DNA of 64,000 nucleotides, taken from positions 92,442,001 to 92,506,000 of the forward strand of contig OZ024742.1 of assembly GCA_964016885.1 (NCBI GenBank), read 5' to 3'. Below are positions 53,913 through 64,000 of this stretch, in pieces; within the stretch, counting starts at the first letter, position 1, and every line of letters begins with the position of its first letter. A model generated the notes under the pieces. It was not told the DNA's origin, made no database searches, and was given only the letters and a program-made list of their open reading frames with translations. Source of the stretch: Eledone cirrhosa. Lineage: Eukaryota. A program made the translations under genes and the position numbers.

Positions 53913-53917
<5 letters not shown>
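53698..53917. mobile_element. Diverged fold-back element carrying a half hammerhead
   Basis: Arms TAGTGTAAACA..TTCATACACTTAACATG / CATGTTAAGTGTATGAA..TGTTTACACTA; GAAA-CCATTGG-TA at 53866-53878. Confidence 0.62.
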
Positions 53918-54003
<86 letters not shown>

Positions 54004-54006
54004 TAC

Positions 54007-54037
<31 letters not shown>

Positions 54038-54051
54038 CATATATACACGCG

Positions 54052-54161
<110 letters not shown>

Positions 54162-54469
54162 GCTTAATTTATTCATAGAGATTATTAATAGCTTTATAAA
54201 CATAAATACGTCGAACTCCTTCAGATGCACCTTGCTCGGAAGATGCTAAGCAGTGAAATTGAAATCGGAGATTGCGAAAAGAACTTTAAAAGTTTTGATA
54301 TTTGAGTCAATTAGAAACACTAGAGAATCAAGCCGGATAACTAACTACAAGCTAATCATCTGACTATTGTCTTTCGTTCGTATCTTGTGATCATTATCAC
54401 TGGTTTCGTGACAAAAACAATGAGTGTGTGTGGAAACAATGAGATGCTGTTTGGTTTATAGTATTAATG

Positions 54470-54855
54470 AGTAATTTGCCTTTCATCCATGTATGGTCGA
54501 TAAAAAAGTACCAGTCTAGTACTGGGATCGATTTTTTTCTCTATATCTCTTTCTCTCACTCTCTATCTTTATCTGGAAGAAATCTTCTGTATTCAGATCT
54601 GGTAAGGAGATGAGCTCTGCCTGGTTTTAAAATGACCCTCCGAATTCCTCTGGGGTTACGGAACCATACATATAATACGTTAATGAGCAATAGACGGAAA
54701 ATTGGCAGTCATCAAATTGTCGTATAGAATACGTGGCGATATTCGTTCGGGCTCTCTGCGTTCTCTGAATTCAAATCCCGTCGAGCTCAACTTCGCCATT
54801 TTATCTTTTCGAAGTGTCGATAAAAAGTACCAGTTTAGTACTGAGTTCGATTCTT
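54470..54855 (+). mobile_element. Two old S1-related SINE copies
   Basis: Degenerate TTTGCCTTTCATCC..GTCGATAAAAAGTACCAG cores at about 54475 and 54790. Confidence 0.55.
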
Positions 54856-55639
54856 ATACCCCTTCTCTCTATCTCTATCTCTATCTCTCTCTCTCTCCCT
54901 CTTTCTAGTCCACTCAGCTCTGGAAAGAAACCCTGATGTATTGGCAATTGAAAGAGCCAGCACTGTCGTTCACTGTATCACACTAAATATTGCTGAAAAC
55001 TACGTTTGGGGTACACGTGTCTGTAGAATGCTCAGCCACTTGCACGTTAATTTTATGAGCAGGCTGTTTTTGTTGTTGCGGTTGTCGTGGACTTTGTTGC
55101 TATATCAGTATTATTAGTTGAGGTGTGTATATCTGATGTGTAAAATTATTAAGAAATGTCTAAATAAAAAGAATGAAAAAGGTTCTGTTATCACAATGCA
55201 ATTGTAACCTAAGCAAAGATGACAGAACAGCCGAACTCCCACTGCCTTCGCTTCCATCTCTCTGGCCCTCCCCATCTCTCCGCATAGTGAGCAAATGGGG
55301 TCCCACGTGCTGGCCTCCCCACAGCCACGGCGGACAGAATGGAGAAATACTTGAAGGGGTGGTCGTAGATGTGAGAGGGGGTTGTTACAATAATTTCTTC
55401 TGCTCTCTTTCTTTGTTTGGGAGAAAGGAGATGTGTTTCGACTTCCTTGATGACTTTCAAATCCTTAGCCTTTGACTTTTTTTTAACAATTATTATCATT
55501 AACATCATCATCATCGTCATCCTCATCATCATTTTCGTTATCGTCATCACTATTTCCATCATCCTCGTCATCATCTTCATACACATCACCATCTCCATAA
55601 TCATCGTGGTTGTTAATATTTTGTTAGAGGGTGGGGCGG

Positions 55640-55685
<46 letters not shown>

Positions 55686-55703
55686 TAGTAGTAGTAGTAG
55701 TAG

Positions 55704-55738
<35 letters not shown>

Positions 55739-55960
55739 GCCATCTGGAACAATACGATCACCATATGAAAATGATGGAATTGTCATGATGGAGCTGACAT
55801 CTGGAAAACAAAGAAATGACATCTGGAAAACATCTAGAAATAAAGGAGTTGACATCTGGAAATAAAAGAGTTGACATCTGAAAATGATGGAATTGATATC
55901 TGGAGATCATGGAGTTACATCTGGAAATATACATGATAGCGCTGACATCTGGAAATACGA
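55640..55960. repeat. (TAG)n/(TTG)n run followed by degenerate repeats of about 20 bp containing GACATCTGGAAA
   Basis: ACATCTGGAA recurs about 8 times. Confidence 0.75.
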
Positions 55961-56272
55961 TTGCTAGATCGGGCTACAAGTAGTGGATTATTTTACTGTT
56001 TGTTTGATTGTTTGTTATTGGGTGGTGGGTACTTTTTCTGTTACGTACATATTGGGGGATCGGGTACACATTCCGCTACATTTTTTTTTATTTTATCTCA
56101 AGATTTTATATTATCGATATAATTTTTGGCCAATCAGTAAATTTTGTCGACCAATTGAGAGGGTAGAGTGTGAATTGAGTTTGCCTTCAGAGCCGTTACT
56201 CTGAATTATAACGACTTTGGAATACATATATACACTGCTCTTGGCCCGATACTTATGCATGTATCTTTGTTA

Positions 56273-56490
56273 TACGAGGGTAGGCTGAAAAGTTGATAGG
56301 CTCACTATGAAGGAGTGATGCTACAGCTGTGAAATCTTGCGTGCATTAATTTCAACTCTTCTTATTAATAACTGCGTTGTTTCTCTCTAGGGACTATGTT
56401 GGAAAATAAACCTCATTTGGTCATTCCATGAGAGTATCTTGGTCAGCCTTTAACATTTTCAGCCTATGAACTTTTCGGCCGACCCTTGTA
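56273..56490. mobile_element. Mariner-type MITE, family M1
   Basis: TIRs TACGAGGGTAGGCTGAAAAGTT / AACTTTTCGGCCGACCCTTGTA. Confidence 0.78.
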
Positions 56491-56504
56491 CATAAACATG
56501 AAAG

Positions 56505-56900
56505 CGATGGATTGGTAGAGCCACGGGCAACTGTTTTGCGGTATTTAGTTACGACTTTCTGCACACTGAGTTCGAATCTCGCCGAGATCAACTTTGCCTT
56601 TCATCTTTCCAGGTCGGTAAAACAAAGTACCAGTCACCTACTGGAGTCAATTACACCCACTTTCTCCACTCTTCAAACTGTTGGCCTTATGCCTTAATTA
56701 GAAATACATAAACATAAGTGTGTCGGACAAATGCATAGCAGTATTTTTCCAGTTCTTTACATTCTGAGTTCAAATCCCATCGTGGTCAAATGAACATTTC
56801 ATCCTTTTGAGTTCAATAAAATATAGTACCAGTCAAGTATGATTTAATTGACTTTCCTTTCCACAAAATTTCTGGTCTTGTACCTAATGTAGAAATCATT
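56505..56900 (+). mobile_element. Two diverged S1-related SINEs
   Basis: B-boxes at about 56568 and 56766 with S1 cores and tails. Confidence 0.6.
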
Positions 56901-57733
56901 ATACAAAACCAATACATCTTTATCAATATATATTTATGGCGTATACGGTTCCGAATGCCACTGGTTAAAGCCATTACAATTCATTATATGCCCTTTTCCC
57001 ATGTCTTAAGCTAAGGAAGAAGACAGCGCCCAAAACCCTTTTCAGGTCCGCTGTGACTGATAGGAAACAAGGTGATATATTCAGATCAAAAACCAGGCAC
57101 AAATACTAGCAGCAAAGTAGATTCCACTAAAGGCATCCAAGGATTAGGCGGTGGTCTTAAACCGAGCGACGAATTAAGTCTACCACCCAAAAACAGGAAC
57201 GTTCTCTCATACATAGACTTTCACATGGACTTCCACATAGTCATTGTCTACCAAATTTCACTTACAAAGCTTTTGTTGGCCCGTTGTTATATGGTAAAAG
57301 ACTCTTAGCCAAAGTGCCTCGCTCATTTCTATTGAAGCAGACTTCTTAACCACACAGCCATGCCTGATATGCACGCCCCTCCACCCGGTTTCCTTCTGCT
57401 GAAAATCTATAACCTCGCCAAACATTCAGAAAGACACAAATGTAAGAGACACGGAATATATAAGGAGAGATCGAAGAATATAGAGAAAAGAGGGAATAGT
57501 GACTGAATGAAAGAAGAGAGATAGAGGTGGACAGGAAATACGAAAGAGGAGAAAAGATTTCAAAGACTAAATTGGAAGAGGGTGGAAACGATTTAGCTGG
57601 GGATGGGGATGGGGGCGAGAAGGAAAGGGGGAGGGATAAAGAGATAGGGGCAGAGTGAAATTTTAGATAAAAAGAAAGATATATAAATGAAAAAAGAGAG
57701 TTGAGTGGAAGATTCAGGGGTTGTGTGAGAGAT

Positions 57734-57792
<59 letters not shown>

Positions 57793-58310
57793 TGGTCGAA
57801 GGAAAGGGACAGAGAGAGGGTGAATTGGAGAATGAAGGACGATAGGTATAAAGCGAGAAACAGTGAGTTAGTGGGAGAGAATGCGAATATAGAAGAGAAA
57901 GATAGAGACAGTGATGGAGAGATATAAGGTGATGTAGAAAAAGAGGAAGTAGAAGGAAAGTGTGTAAGAAAAGAGTACATAAGATAGAGAGAGAGGAAGA
58001 ACAGATATAAGTGAGGAAGAGGAGAGAGAGAGAGAAAGTAAGTATGAAGGAGGAAGATAGGGAAAGAGTATGTATAGAAGAGAAATAGAAAAAGGATATT
58101 ATGAAAGAGAGCAATAGAGAACATGAGAGCAGATATAACAGGGGGGAAAAAGATATATGAACATCTAAAGGGTGAAGTAGAGAGGGGGATAAAGAGAGGA
58201 CATATATACAAGAGAGAGAGACAGAGAGAGAAATAGAGAGAGAGTATGGAAAAGGAAGGGGAGAGAAAGATGTGTAGAAGAAAGAGAGCGTGATATGTAA
58301 AGAAAGAGAA

Positions 58311-58738
58311 ATAATTGTTTCTACTTTTGGCACAAGGCCAGCAATTATCCAGTGTATTACAGGTACTTTATTTTATCGACCCCGTAAGGATGAAAGGCAA
58401 AGTTAACCTCGGCGGGATTTGAACTCAGAATGGCAAGAGCCGTAACTCTATGCGTCAAAGCATGGCGTCCGACTCTCTACCGATACTTCCAATCCACCGC
58501 CCTTAAAGAAAGAGAAATTATTGTTTCTTATATAGGCACAAGCCCAGCAATTTTGGCGGAGGGGAAAGTCGATTAAATCGACCCCAGTGCGTGACTGGTA
58601 CTTTATTTTATCGACCCCGTAAGGGTGAAAGGCAAAGTTAACCTTGGCGGGATTTGAACTCAGATCATAAAGGGCCGTAACTCTATGCGTCAAAGCATGG
58701 CGTCCGACCCTCTACCGATACTGCCAATCCACCGCCCT
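58311..58738 (-). mobile_element. Two full-length tandem S1 SINEs
   Basis: Both begin GGGCGGTGGATTGG(C/A)AGTATCGG on the minus strand and have B-box, core and tail (58311-58502, 58516-58738). Confidence 0.85.
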
Positions 58739-58840
58739 TGAGAAATAATGAGAGAAGGAAAGTGAGAAAAGTATTTTTATCGTCTGGTTCTTTGAAAATT
58801 ATCTCAATGAGAAAACTCATTCATTTCTGATGAATGTCTG

Positions 58841-58880
<40 letters not shown>

Positions 58881-59509
58881 CTGTGTGTGTGTGTGTGTAT
58901 GTGTATCTGTGTGTGTGTCTGAGTTTGTTTGTGAGTGTGTATGTGTGTGTCTGTGTCTGTCTGAGTTTGTGTGTGAGTGCGTATGTGTGTATATGTGTGT
59001 GAGTGTGTGTGTGTAATTATATGTCTATAAGTATGTTTGTGTGTGTGTATGTGTGTGTATGTGTGTGTATACATGTGTGTGTATGTGTGTGTGTGTGTGT
59101 GTGTGTATAATTATATATCTATGAGCATGTAGATATTTGTGTGTTTTGTAGGGTGCTGTGTTTGAGCGTGGGTGCGCCGTGTATATGTGTGTGCGTGTAT
59201 ATATCTATGTGTGTGTTTGTTTATATATCTATGTGTGTGTTTGTCTATATGTATGTGAGTATGTACTATGTGTGTATGTCTATATGTATGTATTTGTCTG
59301 TATGTGTGTGTGTGTGTCTATATGTATGTGAGCGTGTAAGCGTGTATATGTCTATGTGCGTGTATTTGTCTATATGGCTATGTGTGTGTTTGTCTATATG
59401 TATGTGTGTATGTACTATGTGTGTGTAAGTCTTGCACAACTTCCGAACTGGAATCTGAAGACTCCAGTTATGTGTTTTCCAGTTGCCCAACATCTGTTTC
59501 CTATATTCT

Positions 59510-60110
59510 ACCACCACCACCACCACCACCACCTCCACCATCACCACCATAATCACCTTCACCATCACCTCTACCACCTTCACCACCACCAGGATCACCG
59601 CCACCACCACCACTACCTTCATCGCCTCCACCACCACCACTACCATCACCTCCACCATCACCACCACCACCACCACCACCACTTCCACCACCTCCACCAC
59701 CACTACCATCACCTCCACCATCACCTCCACCATCACCACCACCACCACTTCCACCACGTTCACCACATTCATCACCTCCACCACCACCACCACCACTACC
59801 ATCACCTCCACCATCACCACCTTCATCACCTCTACCACCTTCACCACCACCAGGATCACCGCCACCACCACCACTACCTTCATCGCCTCCACCACCACCA
59901 CTACCATCACCTCCACCATCACCACCATCACCACCACCACCACCACCACCACCACCCTCACCACATTCATCACTACCACCATCACCACCACCATCACCAC
60001 TACCACATTCATCCCCACCACAACCACCACCAACCCTACTATCACTACCACCCTTATCACTACCCTAGTTGTGATCCTCCCCATCTTACTCCATAAAACT
60101 CCACCCAGCC
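59510..60110. repeat. Degenerate (CAC)n array
   Basis: CAC/CAT/CTC units; an internal block is duplicated about 255 bp apart. Confidence 0.9.
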
Positions 60111-60581
60111 GACCACCACTCACCATTCATAGCTTTAGTCAACAGTACCGACACCGACACCACTTACGATACAACTCTCACATCACCACCCCTATCTACC
60201 ACCCCTAATATCATCCGATGTTATGATCGTTACTCCACCACCACCGCCAACACCACCATCATCATCATCATCATCATCATCCTATCATCAATTACCAGCC
60301 CTTATATCATACGATGTTGTGTTTACTCACCGCTACCAACACTACCAGCCTGAGTAACACCACCACCGCCACCAGTAATACCAACACCAACCAAACCACC
60401 ACTACCCCCACCAATACCATCAGCTCTTCCACCATTACTATCACTAACATCTCCAACAACAACAACAACAACAACACCACATTTCCTAGAAAACTATTTG
60501 TTTCCACAGTAACGCCAACCAAACACCAATCTCATTCACCCCCCCCCCCCCCCCACCACCACCAATACCACACCCATAACA

Positions 60582-60750
60582 TATGATGGTCGGCTGAAAA
60601 GTTCATAGGCTGACCAAGATACTCTCATGAAATGACCAAATGAGGTTTATTTTTCAACATAGTCCCTGGAAAGAAACAATGCAATTATTACTAAGAAGAG
60701 TTAAAGTATTACATGCAAGATTTAATAACTCTAGCATCACTCCTTCATAT
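60582..60750. mobile_element. MITE M1, partial
   Basis: GGTCGGCTGAAAAGTTCATAGGCTGACCAAGATACT. Confidence 0.68.
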
Positions 60751-61677
60751 TTGGATTTAAAACAACTATTTATTTTGTACACAGACTTCTAGCGATCGAT
60801 GAGATCCCAGATCTCACTCACTGGGGTGGAACTCGTTAAATCGGACCAAGGAAACAATGTTTCCATTGGTCTTTCCATTGCTAATACTATCTACCGGCAC
60901 CAAGTCCTGGCAGAAAGAGCAACATAAAATAAAATGGCTTGCTCAAGGACATAACGCATCCCCCGGTCCGGAAATTGAACTCGCAACCTCACAATTGCGA
61001 ATTCAATTATCTAACCGCTAGGGCACGCGCCTTCACAGTCTTGATATTTGAATATGTTGATATTTTTTTTCTGATTTGGGATTAGTATGATCAGTGGCTA
61101 ATAGCTCGTACCTGGATATCATACATGTATATATTAGATAAAAATAATCTCAGTCTCTCTCTCGTACATGCATTCACACACACACTTAATCTCGGATCTC
61201 AAATAATAGGGGGGTTGGAATAAGCGGTGGGATGGATATTTGCTTAGATTTTTATAAGCGAGGGTTTGAAATAAACGAGGTGGTGGGGATATCGGTAATT
61301 GTATACTGCACTTTCGCAAATATGGGATTCCTTGTAATGTTCTTTTCTTGTCATATATAATGTCTTTTTAATGTAAAATAAAATTATTATCAGATTCTCC
61401 TGCTGCTGAATCAATATGAATCACTGACAATAAAATTTCGCCGGAGATAGATTAGCAAAATTTAATAAGCGGGTGGGGGTTTGAAAAATTAATAAGCGGG
61501 GTATGGGACACGATTATTCAAGACCCGAGAGTACATAATTTTTTTATGTTAAACTCCTCTCCCTACCTCTTTCAATCTTTGTCTTTCCAGTCTCAAAGAG
61601 GCATTCCCTTTTTAACAGCGCCCCAGCCATGACAACTTATCCTCTTTTTTATGATATTGCACCCACAATCATCCAAT

Positions 61678-61755
61678 AGAATTATGGTTCTACAAAATTA
61701 TGGTACTCTACAAAAATTATGGTACTCTACAAAAATTATGGTACTCTACAAAATG
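61678..61755. repeat. Short tandem repeat of about 20 bp (AAAATTATGGTACTCTACAA) x4
   Basis: Directly visible. Confidence 0.8.
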
Positions 61756-61799
61756 GTCATCAATTCAGTGCATTATTTCCCGAGCAATGCCAGATACTA

Positions 61800-61902
61800 T
61801 GAGGTTAACTTTTCCTTTCATCCTTACGGGGTCGATAAAATAAAGTACCAGTAATGTACTGAGTAATTGCTGGCCTTGTGCCAAAAAGTATAAACAACTA
61901 TT
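61800..61902 (+). mobile_element. SINE S1, 3' half
   Basis: Core and tail present. Confidence 0.75.
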
Positions 61903-63199
61903 CTATTAGAGATGGGGGGAGGGATGGACAGATCCATGTGAAGTAGACGGAGGCGAGAATGAGTGCTCAGTATCGAAATAGAGTTTGATATTATTTCGTA
62001 TGTCTATTTTCTGATATCACCCGCTAAAGTATTTTATTTCATTTATTGAAATATTAAGGCATGTAGTTTATTATATTTATTTAATTAATTAATTATTGAA
62101 ATATTGAGGTAGGTATTTTTATTTTATCTATTTATTTAATTAGTTATCGAAATATTGAGGTAATGACATATATATATATATATATATATATATTCATTTA
62201 CTCCGAGGTAAAGAGGTGAAAACTAAAATCTCGTTTCTTGCTCTCGTGAATCCCAGCGAAATGCACCACATTAAGGAAAACAATGCACATGTAAATAAAA
62301 AATCAACGAAACTGGAAAACGAAGGAATTGGAGACATTGCTCACAGCCTGGAGCTTGGTCAATGAGTCCCCGTCAAACAAGCTAATTGCAGAGACTCTGA
62401 AAGGCTGTGGCTTTTTGAGCGAAAAAAAGAACAATTTTATCGCGCCTATATGCTCGTAAAGTTACATACGGATCTCCTGAACCATATCTTCAAAGAGGAG
62501 ACCAAAGACGAAGAGAAAAAAATATGAGTCACAAAGGACCCACGGAGGCCCAGAAGGATCTGAGAGCCACTAAGAGTGAGATGACCTACGATGCAGACAA
62601 TATCACTGGAGAAAATGAAACACTAGAACGTGGCAAAGGTAAAATAAAGAGACACCAGGCAGATCCCTATAAGAAGGAAAAAGTAAATAAACAGGCAGAA
62701 GGTGACTAGTGGACAAATGCTAAGGTGAAAAAGACTAGAACCATGAGAAACAGAGACAGTGGGGGAAAAGAAAACCTAAGTACTCAGTAAGTTCTACAAG
62801 AAAAGGACCTGCTGACATGGTCAAGCAGGGACAGGTTACAGCTTTGCACACCTCATACTGTATGTGAGCTGAGCCCAACCTGGTTATCATAAATACTCGA
62901 ATCAAAACCAGCACAGGCAAACAAAACAGCACACAGGAAATCTGCTGATGTTGGACGTACTGCCTCGATGATAAGGAGACTATGCAGAAGCAGTACTGAC
63001 TGTAATTGCGGAGTAACGATCTTTTTTAGACATAGAAGAAAAGATTAGGAGACAGTTGACTTGACTACAACAGGTATAAAGTCAAAGTCAGTGACACCAA
63101 CTATCGTGACCACAACAAATAAAGGACCCAGAGTAGCCACCACTGACACCCACATAAATATCATGAGCGGCTATTGCTGACACCCAAAATGTCACACCC

Positions 63200-63960
63200 G
63201 TACGACTGATAAATGTTAGAGATTTGGTAAAACTGACCAGCATGAGTAAGATCCCATACCTGGGAGACCTAACCACAAACAATATGTATGGCACTAACTG
63301 AAACGCACCTGATGTGGAAACACATACCAAATTATGTTTATATTTCGTAATGACAGGAGAAAGAGAACTCGTGATGGAGTTTCTTTGTTCATCCGTGAAG
63401 ATGCCACACTTTTAGTATTGTTGTCACATTCCAGCTCTGTGGCACACAAATTGTACACATGAAGTAACTCAATATGGTAATATGTGTCACGTATAGGGCA
63501 CCAAACGCCACTAGTCGTGAGGACAAGTTTGAATATAGCGTCAGAGAGATGAAAGAATTGCTAATAAAACTGGATCGGAGTTTCGAAACACTGTTGCTGG
63601 AAGAATTTAGCCTCCCCAAGGTCAAATGGTCCGAAGGCCACCCCCTCTCAGGAATGGCGGTACTTGAATAAAGGCAGACAAAATCCTTGCTGGACTTTAC
63701 AAACAGACTGTTTATGGAACAAATAGTACTTCATCCAACATGAGGTAAAAATATCCTGGATCTCTGCTTCACGGCGCTCATCCACAATGGGTAAGTGACA
63801 CTAATCATTTTCTCGGATCATAACATAGTCGGACTAGTAACGTATAGTCCAAAGAATGTAGATATGCAACCAACATGACACTCGGTCTCTATCCAGCCTG
63901 AACTACCACAAAGCTAACTTGAAGTGAAACTGGACCAACAGTCTCTCTACGGAAGATGTC
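63200..63960 (+). mobile_element. CR1/L2-like LINE APE-endonuclease pseudogene fragment
   Basis: RNDR..R.DGV, VICVTYRAPN, LLLEEFSLPKVKW (degenerate GDFNLP), MEQIVLHPT*GKNILDLCFT and SDHNIV motifs with stops and frameshifts. Confidence 0.75.
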
Positions 63961-64000
63961 AACATGCAGCTTGAGCAATAATACAAGCCATATACTTTAC

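Noticed and set aside
57346-58333. Ser/Leu/Phe-rich ORFs
   Set aside because: Low-complexity purine (GA-rich) tract
59266-60208. Thr-rich mucin-like or His-rich ORFs
   Set aside because: Degenerate (CAC)n repeat open in several frames; no supporting gene structure

Overview
Repeat-saturated, AT-rich animal genomic DNA with no recognisable host gene, rRNA or true tRNA. The SINE types and microsatellite load suggest an octopus-like cephalopod (inference only). The dominant structure is 11 5'-truncated copies of a Tx1/L1-clade non-LTR retrotransposon from at least 4 subfamilies. All lie on the minus strand, stacked head-to-tail in three clusters (244-5363, 13527-17090, 45404-49476), and most junctions abut (GATA)n/(TATC)n tracts, which looks like a GATA-microsatellite-targeting retroelement. 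A second system is a set of short, often fold-back elements embedded in (TA)n. Five of them carry intact or near-intact minimal type-I hammerhead ribozymes of the kind found in Penelope-like elements, and several more carry half-hammerheads at their inversion points. Also present: a 7.2-kb 26-bp minisatellite with a binary C/T pattern, tRNA-derived SINEs, Helitron, mariner, hAT-like, RTE, CRE-like and CR1/L2-like fragments, MITEs and many simple repeats. Most long ORFs in the supplied track are translations of simple repeats. All coordinates were read by eye and may be off by a few bases.
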